This document shows positions 14,301 through 21,993 of a DNA stretch of 21,993 nucleotides, in pieces (within the stretch, counting starts at the first letter, position 1; each line of letters begins with the position of its first letter). The position numbers and the translations under genes are program-made. This DNA is from Clostridia bacterium (GTDB lineage: Bacteria; Bacillota; Clostridia; Oscillospirales; Acutalibacteraceae). The notes under the pieces are model-generated. The model was not told the origin of the DNA, did not search any database, and saw only the letters and a program-made list of their open reading frames with translations. The stretch covers positions 1-21,993 of the forward strand of contig JAFRPB010000153.1 in NCBI GenBank assembly GCA_017429345.1, written 5' to 3'.

Positions 14301-15950
14301 TTAAGGAGTTGTCATAATCTGAACTAAAATAACATCTTTGTTTTCAATAATACGAAATCGGCTTGTCGGATCGTTTGCAACAACCATTTTTCTTGCTTCT
14401 GCCTTTTGCTCCGCGGAACAGGATTGCAGCGAATATCCCAACCTCTGCATGACCCGCAGGTAATTATCATTATAAGCCCATCCTATATAAGAAGTGTACG
14501 CAGTAAACGAATCGGCAATTTGATCTGCAAGTTCTTCCGAGGATCGGAATACATATCCATAACCCCGCACTTTATCATAGAATCTTTTCGGCAGAACATT
14601 ATCAAACAACAAAGCTGAATATTTTCTGTACTGTGTCATTATAAGATTCGGCTCGTTTTTGGAATGCCGCAAGCTTTCGGGAAGTTGATAGTTTTCCGCC
14701 GAAAACACAACCGGCTTGCTTTGCGTATCATATTCGAGCAGCTCTTTTCCTATATCCTGCAGCAGAGAGATCTCATAAGTGTGTCTTTCAAAATTATCAA
14801 CTGCGTAATTATTGATATCTTTCGTTTGATTTAAAACGATTACCACCAGCACACATGAAATAACAATGTGCAGTTTTTTGTTTTGGCGGCAATACAGAAA
14901 CAACAGCATAATGACAAACGCAACAAAAACGGAAAGCGTCTGCATCTGTCTGAATTCAACCATACGCCCAATGAGCAGCGGAAGCGAAACCACAGACAGA
15001 CACAATATGATAAAAATGCATGCGGGGAACAAGGATCGTTTTTTCACGGAAAGCAAAACAGCCCCTGTCGTTCCGATAACGACGGTAACAAGAAACATCA
15101 GCAAAAACGGAAGAGAAATGCTGCCGATAACAAATGAGGTGAACATCATAACGATAAACCGAACCAGATTTTTGATCGGAGCTCCGGACAGCCAATATAT
15201 TTTAGTATTCGGCTCATACCAAAATTTCGTTGTACCGCAAATGACAAGATTGACCAGCTTTGATATGATAAGATCTACAATAACAGCTGCAAGCAGCAGG
15301 CCGACAGCCATCGCAGCAAGAACAAGATAATCCTTTATACCTGCTGTTGTTCGGTTATCATAATAAAAAAACAGCAAAAGAGACGCAAAAAAACCAACCA
15401 AATATACACTCGCAAAAGATTCGTACATATCTACGGCGGGAATCAACGCAAGCAAAGAAATAACTAACCGTTTTACAAGGTGTTTTTTGTCAGCAAATCC
15501 CAAATAGAGCTGGCAGAGTGAAACAGGAACCAGAACGTATGCCAAAACGATATTAAGAACCGGATACGTCAGCTGTGCGGTAATCACGGGATAGGATACA
15601 AAAACCGTACCAAACGCAATTTGCGCCGATTGGGGAATTTTATCTCCGGATACGACTGAAAACAATACGGACCACGCAACAGATGCACAAAAGAGAATAA
15701 TCGCCGTTAATGCAGTATGCCAGAACGGGGCAAAATTCATCCAATTTGTTAACAAATGAATCAAAGGCGTCGCCCATCTGCCGGCACCGACCAATATGGA
15801 TCCATTGTAATACTCCGGCATCAGCTGATCAATATGGATTGAGTAGTGACTTGCATAAAAGCCATAAGAGAGTATCAGCGTAATGACAACGGATATTATG
15901 TACCCCTTATTGCGGGACAAAAACGATAAAACAGAATTCGGTTGGTTCAT
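14301..15950 (-). CDS. Polytopic integral membrane protein (>=11 predicted TM helices plus ~170-aa C-terminal soluble domain), possible GT-C-fold glycosyltransferase-like. Low-GC, likely horizontally acquired.
   Basis: Long hydrophobic segments throughout (e.g. YIISVVITLILSYGFY, LTAIILFCASVAWSVLFSVV, LLLAAVIVDLIISKLVNLVI). GC ~42% versus ~60% around it. Start placed at MNQPNSV (15950), which has GGAG 6 nt upstream; the ORF-track start MEYYM (15962) has no RBS. Functional call is by architecture only. Confidence 0.55.
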   Translation of the reverse strand: MNQPNSVLSFLSRNKGYIISVVITLILSYGFYASHYSIHIDQLMPEYYNGSILVGAGRWATPLIHLLTNWMNFAPFWHTALTAIILFCASVAWSVLFSVVSGDKIPQSAQIAFGTVFVSYPVITAQLTYPVLNIVLAYVLVPVSLCQLYLGFADKKHLVKRLVISLLALIPAVDMYESFASVYLVGFFASLLLFFYYDNRTTAGIKDYLVLAAMAVGLLLAAVIVDLIISKLVNLVICGTTKFWYEPNTKIYWLSGAPIKNLVRFIVMMFTSFVIGSISLPFLLMFLVTVVIGTTGAVLLSVKKRSLFPACIFIILCLSVVSLPLLIGRMVEFRQMQTLSVFVAFVIMLLFLYCRQNKKLHIVISCVLVVIVLNQTKDINNYAVDNFERHTYEISLLQDIGKELLEYDTQSKPVVFSAENYQLPESLRHSKNEPNLIMTQYRKYSALLFDNVLPKRFYDKVRGYGYVFRSSEELADQIADSFTAYTSYIGWAYNDNYLRVMQRLGYSLQSCSAEQKAEARKMVVANDPTSRFRIIENKDVILVQIMTTP

Positions 15951-16187
15951 GTAATACTCCATGAATTATTATAATCAACAGCCCACACGAAAACGGGTGT
16001 TTCTTCTTTCAGCAGAGGGAGATCCGCGCCTCGTTCCCCATTTATAAATAACGGTGTCGGACGCTCATATTTTTTCATCGGGTACGGGCAGAGGTCGTCC
16101 GCCATATGGCGCAGCCGCATATCACACGCGAAACGTATATCATCCGCAGTAGGCGAATATCATTCGGCAACGCCGAATATCATTGCA

Positions 16188-16233
16188 AAATTCTGGTTTA
16201 TCGAGGCATGAATGCCTCGATAAACCAGAATTT
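16188..16233. repeat. 46-bp near-perfect palindrome made of two inverted variant motif copies, AAATTCTGGTTTATCGAGGCAT-GA-ATGCCTCGATAAACCAGAATTT, ending 3 nt from the ddh stop codon.
   Basis: Both 22-nt arms are exact reverse complements. The core differs from the other copies by one base (ACCAGAATTT vs ATCAGAATTT). On the minus-strand RNA the stem is followed by AAUUUUGC, so it may also terminate ddh. Confidence 0.65.
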
Positions 16234-16236
16234 ATC

Positions 16237-17223
16237 TTATACCAGATGCGCTCTCTGCTCCTCGGCCGAGGACGGCAGCAGGTAGGTCGGGGCGATATCC
16301 AGCACGGTATGCGCGCCGAATTTCTTTTCGCCTGCAAGGCGGTACGCCGCCCGCGCGTAGGCGAGCAGCACGCTCGTGGTGAACTCGGGGTTCGAGTCGA
16401 GCTTGAGCGAATATTCGATCAGATGCTTCGTCTCGCCGTTTTCCCCGGTCGCGCCGGCACGCAGCACGAAGCCGCCGTGCGCCATGCCGCTGTGATCACG
16501 AACGAATTCCTCTTCGGTGATGAATTTCACCGTGGTGTCGTTGTCGGCGAAATAGTTGGGCATGGTCTTGATCTCTTCCTCGATCCGGGCAAGATCCGCG
16601 CCCTCCTCGGGTACGACGTAGCAAAGACGGGTGTGCTTTTCACGCGTGGTGAGGTCGGGCGTTTCGCCGCTTCTGATGCGGTCGATCGCCGCCTGTACGG
16701 GGATCGTATACTGCTTGCCGTTCTTCACGCCCTTGATGCGGCGGATCGCGTCGGAATGGCCCTGACTGACGCCCTTGCCCCAGAACGTGTAATCCTTGCC
16801 GTTTGGCAGCACCGCGTTCGCGTAGGCGCGCGCGATGGAGAACAGGCCGGGATCCCAGCCCACGGAGATGATCGCGGTCGTGCCCGCCGCCTTCGCCGCG
16901 GCGTCCACGTTCGCGAAATGCTGCGGGAGTTTCGCGTGCGTATCGAACGAGTCGATCACGTTGAAATATTTCGCGTATTCCGGCGTCTGCACGGGCAGAT
17001 CCGTCGCGCTGCCGCCGCAGATGATCATCACGTCGATCTTGTCCTTCCACTGCGGCGCTTCCGCCGCGGCGACCACGGGCACGCCCGGGGTTTTGATCTG
17101 CAGCTTCGAAGGATCTCTGCGTGTGAATACCGCAACGAGCTCCGCATCCGGCGCGCATTTCACCGCAAGCTCGACGCCTTTGCCGAGATTGCCGTAGCCC
17201 ATGATTCCGATTCTCATACTCAT
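16237..17223 (-). CDS. ddh: meso-Diaminopimelate D-dehydrogenase (328 aa)
   Basis: MSMRIGIMGYGNLGKGVE Rossmann N-terminus, then ...MIICGGSATD..., VGWDPGLFSI, FWGKGVSQGHSDAIRRIKGV, and GMAHGGFV. Collinear with Corynebacterium/Clostridia Ddh over the full length. RBS GGAGAG 6 nt upstream. The ORF-track N-terminal extension was rejected. Confidence 0.85.
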   Translation of the reverse strand: MSMRIGIMGYGNLGKGVELAVKCAPDAELVAVFTRRDPSKLQIKTPGVPVVAAAEAPQWKDKIDVMIICGGSATDLPVQTPEYAKYFNVIDSFDTHAKLPQHFANVDAAAKAAGTTAIISVGWDPGLFSIARAYANAVLPNGKDYTFWGKGVSQGHSDAIRRIKGVKNGKQYTIPVQAAIDRIRSGETPDLTTREKHTRLCYVVPEEGADLARIEEEIKTMPNYFADNDTTVKFITEEEFVRDHSGMAHGGFVLRAGATGENGETKHLIEYSLKLDSNPEFTTSVLLAYARAAYRLAGEKKFGAHTVLDIAPTYLLPSSAEEQRAHLV

Positions 17224-17258
17224 ATAATTCTCTCCTTTTCTAAATTTGTTACAAAATA

Positions 17259-17287
17259 ATTTTATAATAAAAATCCTATGATTGCAA
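17259..17287 (-). promoter_or_regulatory. Putative sigma-70 promoter for ddh: -35 TTGCAA, 17-nt spacer, -10 TAAAAT (minus strand).
   Basis: Reverse complement reads TTGCAAtcataggatttttattaTAAAAT, about 30 nt upstream of the RBS. Confidence 0.4.
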
Positions 17288-17474
17288 TACATCGCCGTCG
17301 ATTTTTTATCGGCAGGCATATTTTTTTGCGCGCAAAACATACTGTTAATATACAAAATCTAACGGATTTGTTAGAATGTATTCATACTGCGTTCATAAAG
17401 ATGTAGTATTATTATCTAAAATCGATATTAGTTAAAGCTTTTAATTAATATCGCATTACATGGAGGGAATAAAT

Positions 17475-19301
17475 ATGTGCGGAATTATCGGTTACGTCGG
17501 CGGGAACCCCGCGCTCCCGCGGCTGATCAACGGTCTGAAAAAACTCGAATACAGAGGCTACGACTCTGCGGGGATCTCATTTTTCACCGAGGCGGGCGTC
17601 GTGACGGTCAAGGCGGAGGGACGCATCGCGAACACAGAGGCGCTGCTGCAGCGCGGCTTCCCCGACGCCCAAAGCGTCTGCGGCGTCGGGCACACCCGCT
17701 GGGCGACCACGGGCAAGCCCAGCGACGCGAACGCGCACCCGCACCGCGTCGGCGCGGTCACGGTGGTGCACAACGGCATCATCGAAAATTATAAGGCGCT
17801 GAAAAAAGAGTGCGAGGCGGCGGGCAGGGTCTTCCGTTCGCAGACCGACACTGAGGTGATCGCGGCGCTGGCGGATATCGTTTATGCGCAGTGCGGCGAC
17901 CCGGTCAAAACGCTGCACAGGGTCATATCCCGGCTTGAAGGCTCGTTCGCGGTCGCGGCGCTGTTCGACGATCGGGAAAATACGGTCTACGGCTTCCGAA
18001 AAGACAGTCCGCTGATCGTCGCCGAGACCGAAGACGGCAATTATTTCGCATCCGATTTTATCGCGGTGAAGCATGCGACCGATACCTACCGCCTCCCCGA
18101 CGAGGAAACGGTCGTCGAACTGACCGCGGCAGGCGCGCGGTATTATACCGCCGACGGCGGGACCGCCCCGCCCGCGCCGATCCGCGTTACGGACGCGAAC
18201 CGCGACGACGGCAAGGGAGATTTCCCGCATTTCATGCTGAAAGAGATCTTTGAAGTCCCGGACGCGATCCGCAACACCTGCCGCGACCGCGTATGCGAAG
18301 GGCTGCCCGCGTTCGACGACGAGATCCTCGGGCGTCTTGCGGCGTCGGGACGCATCTATATCGTCGCCTGCGGCACGGCGCTGAACGCCGGGAAGCTCGG
18401 CAAAGGGTATATCGAGAAATTCGCCCGCATCCCCGTCTCGTGCGAGCTCGCGTCGGAGCTGCGGTATTTTCCGCCGCTGTATGACGAAGGCGACAGCTTT
18501 ATTTTCATCAGTCAGTCCGGCGAGACCGCGGACACCGTCGCGTCGCTGCGTATGCTCAAAGAACGCGGGATCTACACCGTAGCGCTCGTGAATACGCCGA
18601 ATTCCACCATCGCCCGCGAGGCGGACGGCGTGCTCTACACCCGCGCGGGGACGGAGACCGCGGTCGCGAGCACCAAGGCGTATAACGCGCAGAGCGCGCT
18701 GCTGTTCCTGCTGGCGCTCGGACTCGGCCTGCAAAAGGGCAGCATAACGGAAAAAACGGCGGCGAAACTGACGGCGGATCTGACGCGGGGCGTTCCCGCC
18801 GCGGTCGAAAAGATCCTCGCCGACGCGGAGAAGATCCGCGCGTTCAGCGAAAAATACTGCACCGCGCCGAGCTGCTTCTTCCTCGGCAGAGGACCGGATT
18901 TCTGCCTTGCGGAGGAGAGCTCCCTCAAGCTCAAGGAGATCTCGTATATCCACTGCGAAGCTTACGCCGCGGGCGAGATCAAGCACGGCACGATCGCGCT
19001 GATCGAAAAGGACGTGCCGGTGATCGCGATCATCTCGGGCGATAAGATCCGCAGCAAGACGATCAACAATGCGTTCGAGGTCAAGGCGCGGGACGCGAAG
19101 GTCCTGACCGTGACCGACCGGCGCGTGCCGGGCGAGGAGGAGACCGCGGACGATATCTACGTCGTCGACAGCCCGGACGAGTCGCTGTTCCATATCCCGG
19201 CGGCGACGTTCTTCCAGCTGTTCGCGTATTATACCGCCCTCGGCAGAGGACGCGACGTCGACAAGCCGCGGAATCTCGCCAAGTCGGTGACGGTGGAGTG
19301 A
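17475..19301 (+). CDS. glmS: Glutamine--fructose-6-phosphate aminotransferase (isomerising), 608 aa
   Basis: Starts MCGIIGY (N-terminal catalytic Cys of Ntn amidotransferases). Two SIS domains (SQSGETADT...). C-terminal ...KPRNLAKSVTVE. GGAGGG 8 nt upstream. Confidence 0.9.
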   Translation: MCGIIGYVGGNPALPRLINGLKKLEYRGYDSAGISFFTEAGVVTVKAEGRIANTEALLQRGFPDAQSVCGVGHTRWATTGKPSDANAHPHRVGAVTVVHNGIIENYKALKKECEAAGRVFRSQTDTEVIAALADIVYAQCGDPVKTLHRVISRLEGSFAVAALFDDRENTVYGFRKDSPLIVAETEDGNYFASDFIAVKHATDTYRLPDEETVVELTAAGARYYTADGGTAPPAPIRVTDANRDDGKGDFPHFMLKEIFEVPDAIRNTCRDRVCEGLPAFDDEILGRLAASGRIYIVACGTALNAGKLGKGYIEKFARIPVSCELASELRYFPPLYDEGDSFIFISQSGETADTVASLRMLKERGIYTVALVNTPNSTIAREADGVLYTRAGTETAVASTKAYNAQSALLFLLALGLGLQKGSITEKTAAKLTADLTRGVPAAVEKILADAEKIRAFSEKYCTAPSCFFLGRGPDFCLAEESSLKLKEISYIHCEAYAAGEIKHGTIALIEKDVPVIAIISGDKIRSKTINNAFEVKARDAKVLTVTDRRVPGEEETADDIYVVDSPDESLFHIPAATFFQLFAYYTALGRGRDVDKPRNLAKSVTVE

Positions 19302-19314
19302 ATTTCGGTTTAGG

Positions 19315-19415
19315 TCGTGAAGTCGTGAAATCGTGAAGTCGAGAGGTCTTGAAGTCGATGACCGATGCCTGATCGGCTGTCAGCTATCCGCTGTCGGCTA
19401 TCTGAGATCGGCTAT
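19315..19415 (+). repeat. Two adjacent degenerate tandem-repeat blocks directly after the glmS stop: six copies of the 8-mer GTCGTGAA, then three copies of the 14-mer CGGCTGTCAGCTAT.
   Basis: gtcgtgaa gtcgtgaa atcgtgaa gtcgagag gtcttgaa gtcgatga (19315-19362). cggctgtcagctat ccgctgtcggctat ctgagatcggctat (19374-19415). Confidence 0.5.
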
Positions 19416-19675
19416 TGTTCATGACCGAATTATACGAAAAACGTCCGTGCATGTCCGTTTTAATCGTTTGTTATTGTTTGATTGTCGAAATTTTTATATT
19501 GACAATTAAAAAATGTCCTACACAATATAATTAATATTATGAAAGTACCCCGGAAATCTCATTCATACCCGAAAAATAAACTGCTCACGCGGAACGGTGA
19601 AAAAAGCGGTTGACATGAGAATTCAAAGATGATAAAAAGGAAACAGAGATATCATCCGGAGGTAGTGATAAGAAA

Positions 19676-21928
19676 ATGATGAGGAAGTGTTTGTCTTTTT
19701 TCATGACTCTGGTTCTCCTGCTTACCGCGTTTCCGGTCGGCGCAGTTTTCGCTCACGCCGCAGAAATCATTGACAGCGGTGAATGCGGCGAAAACGTAAC
19801 ATGGACGCTGGACAGCGAGGGTGTTCTCACGATCGAAGGCGAGGGAGATATGTTTAATTGGGAGGATCCCGACGGAATCGTATCACCCTTCTGTGATATG
19901 GGTAATACCATCTCTGAAGTCAATATAAAAAACGGCGTAACAAGAATCGGAGATTATTCGTTTTACGGATGCGGCAGCCTGACTTCGGTCGCTATTGCGG
20001 ATAGTGTGACGGCCATAGGCGAGGATGCGTTTTACGGCACCGCGTATTATAATGATAAAACCAACTGGATCGACGGTGTGTTATATATCGATAATGCTTT
20101 GATCAAAGCTGACGAAGAAGCAATTGCCGAAAATTATACAATAAAAAAAGGTACAACGGTCATTGCCGATAAGGCATTTATCTATTGCACAGATCTGACG
20201 GGCATCATGATCCCCGACAGTGTGACAAGCATTGGTTTTTACGCTTTTTTTTATTGCACCGATCTGACAGATATAACGTTTCCGGACAGCGTGACAAGCG
20301 TTGGCGATTATGCGTTTTATAATACGGATTATTATAACAACGATAAAAATTGGGTCGACGGCGTATTATATTTCGGCAAGGCATTGATCAAAGCTGACGA
20401 AGAGACCTTAAACGGAAGCTATGCGATAAAAGAAGGAACAAAGGTCCTTGCCGACGGAGCGTTTTTCAACTGTAACCGTTTGACGTCGGTCAATATTCCG
20501 AACAGTATCATCAGAATCGGCAGTTCTGCGTTCGGCAACTGTAAAAACCTGACTTCGGTAACGGTTCCGGATAGTGTGATGAGCATCGGCAGCGCTGCGT
20601 TTGTAGGCTGCAGCAACATGACCTCGGTAACGATTCCAAACGGTGTGAGGAGCATCGGCAGGGCTATGTTTGGTGAATGCAGTAAATTGACGTCATTCAC
20701 GGTTCCGGACAGCGTGACGGGCATTTGCGATTTTGCGTTTTACAGCTGTCGTAATCTGAAGACGGTCGCTATCGGAAAAAATGTAACAAGTATCGGGGAG
20801 TCCGCGTTTTACGATTGCCGCAGTTTGACGTCGGTCACGATCCCGGACAGCGTGATAAACATCGGGGAGTGCGCATTTTCCGATTGCGCCGGGCTGACGT
20901 CAGCCACGCTCGGAGACAATGTGATAAGCGTTGGCGAGAGTGCGTTTTCCGATTGCAGCAGCCTGAGGTCTGTTGCGATCGGAGACAAAGTGACGAGCAT
21001 CGGGGACGCGGCATTTTTCAATTGCAACAGACTGAAAAAAGTAATTTATTCCGGCAGTAAAGATGACTGGGACGAAATCGAGATCGGGAAAGAAAACGAT
21101 GATTTAATCGGCGCGAAAATGCAATACTTGAGGGTTGCTTCCGAAACGACAGAGACTTCCTCCGTGACGGCAGCTCCCACTACAAACGAACCCCCGACTG
21201 AAACGGAATCTTTGACCGCAACGGAACCCCCGACTACAACGGATGTTCCAATTGCAACGGATGCCCCAACCGGAACGGAAGCGCCGACTTCGACAGAAGT
21301 CACGACCGCGACGAAACCCGCGACTACGACGGAACCCACGACTACGACGGAACCCACGACCGCGACGGAACCTGCGACTGCGACGGAACCCACGACTGCG
21401 ACGGAAACGCCGGCCATTACCGAACCTGTCAAGGCAATCGAATCCAAAGACGCGGAAAAGGCGATTGTGAATGCCGAAAAGAAACAGGTCGCGATCCGGC
21501 CCGGGCAGTCGCCCGACGAGCTGAAAGACCTTCTCGGCGGGAATGTGATGATCCTCGGCGCGGACGGCAAGGCGCTTGACGCGGGCAAAAAAGTCGGCAC
21601 CGGCTGTATCGTTAAAACTCCCGACGGCGCGGAATACACAATTGTCGTCCCCGGCGACACGGACGGCGACGGCAAGGTCGGCGCGTCCGACGCGAGAAAA
21701 GCCCTTCGCGCCTCGGCAAAGCTTGATTTGCTTTACGGCGCGTACGGCAGAGCAGCGGACATCAACGCCGACGGCAAGATAAAAGCCGCCGACGCACGCT
21801 CGATCCTGCGCATCGCCGCGAAGCTCGACGAGATCACAAAAGATATCCTTGCTAAGGCAACACCGCACAAATGCGAATGCGCGTCTTGCTTGATCTTTGT
21901 TTCGTCATCCTGCACAGCTTTTTCTTGA
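19676..21928 (+). CDS. Secreted cellulosome-associated surface protein: BspA-type leucine-rich-repeat domain, Thr/Pro/Glu-rich linker, C-terminal type-I dockerin (750 aa)
   Basis: Signal peptide MMRKCLSFFMTLVLLLTAFPVGAVFAHA. ~15 tandem ~23-aa LRR_5 units (IPDSVTSIGxxAFxxCxxLTSVTI). Linker TEPTTTTEPTTATEPATATE. Dockerin Ca-binding pairs DTDGDGKVGASDARKALRASAKL and DINADGKIKAADARSILRIAAKL, resembling Ruminococcus-type dockerins. Confidence 0.75.
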   Translation: MMRKCLSFFMTLVLLLTAFPVGAVFAHAAEIIDSGECGENVTWTLDSEGVLTIEGEGDMFNWEDPDGIVSPFCDMGNTISEVNIKNGVTRIGDYSFYGCGSLTSVAIADSVTAIGEDAFYGTAYYNDKTNWIDGVLYIDNALIKADEEAIAENYTIKKGTTVIADKAFIYCTDLTGIMIPDSVTSIGFYAFFYCTDLTDITFPDSVTSVGDYAFYNTDYYNNDKNWVDGVLYFGKALIKADEETLNGSYAIKEGTKVLADGAFFNCNRLTSVNIPNSIIRIGSSAFGNCKNLTSVTVPDSVMSIGSAAFVGCSNMTSVTIPNGVRSIGRAMFGECSKLTSFTVPDSVTGICDFAFYSCRNLKTVAIGKNVTSIGESAFYDCRSLTSVTIPDSVINIGECAFSDCAGLTSATLGDNVISVGESAFSDCSSLRSVAIGDKVTSIGDAAFFNCNRLKKVIYSGSKDDWDEIEIGKENDDLIGAKMQYLRVASETTETSSVTAAPTTNEPPTETESLTATEPPTTTDVPIATDAPTGTEAPTSTEVTTATKPATTTEPTTTTEPTTATEPATATEPTTATETPAITEPVKAIESKDAEKAIVNAEKKQVAIRPGQSPDELKDLLGGNVMILGADGKALDAGKKVGTGCIVKTPDGAEYTIVVPGDTDGDGKVGASDARKALRASAKLDLLYGAYGRAADINADGKIKAADARSILRIAAKLDEITKDILAKATPHKCECASCLIFVSSSCTAFS

Positions 21929-21993
21929 CAACCGTCAGGTTGCCTGCGAAAAATCTGTACAATCTGACGAAAAAATCTACTGCGCAATCCGCA

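Noticed and set aside
16237-17355. Longer ddh ORF starting MYINSMFCAQ...
   Set aside because: The extension runs through the promoter region and lacks an RBS. MSMRIGIMGYGNLG with GGAGAG upstream matches Ddh N-termini.
9060-19420. CRISPR array interpretation of the recurring motif and tandem repeats
   Set aside because: Repeats are few, in both orientations, and separated by genes or irregular spacers from 2 nt to kilobases. No cas genes are present, and no regular repeat-spacer periodicity.

Overview
High-GC (~60%) Firmicutes/Clostridia-like chromosomal segment. A C-terminal dockerin plus BspA-type LRR protein suggests a Ruminococcus-like cellulolytic organism. Housekeeping and carbohydrate-utilisation genes flank the window: an EF-G2-like GTPase, a PHP-family TrpH/YciV-like phosphoesterase, a translationally coupled GH3 beta-glycosidase/alpha-beta-hydrolase esterase pair, a heparinase II/III-like lyase, meso-diaminopimelate dehydrogenase, GlmS, and the dockerin-bearing LRR surface protein. 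The central ~9.1-16.3 kb is the most interesting part. It holds two tandem paralogous WYL/WCX-like regulator genes (PafBC-like pair), a cytoplasmic SPFH/band-7 protein with a triplicated N-terminal motif, an unannotatable Cys/Trp-rich 184-aa protein, a frameshifted and 3'-truncated RtcB RNA-ligase remnant, and an abruptly low-GC (~42%) polytopic membrane (GT-C-like) gene. The gene units in this region are delimited by at least eight copies of an AT-rich 16-nt motif CGATAAATCAGAATTT that I do not recognise. It occurs as single half-sites just 5' of ribosome-binding sites, and as perfect or near-perfect palindromes with 2-, 3- or 32-bp spacers directly 3' of stop codons. I interpret it as either the operator set of the WYL pair (a candidate RtcB-linked RNA-damage/stress or defence-type regulon) or a REP/BIME-like cassette-boundary repeat; the two are distinguishable by genome-wide distribution. 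Other unexplained structure: a ~430-nt untranslated leader containing an isolated tRNA 3'-half-like sequence, inverted CTCGGRA heptamer arrays around an AT-rich core, GGAGG tandem repeats facing a CCUCC tract that may occlude an SD, and tandem 8-mer/14-mer repeats after glmS. No CRISPR array, intact tRNA/rRNA gene, transposase or integrase is visible.
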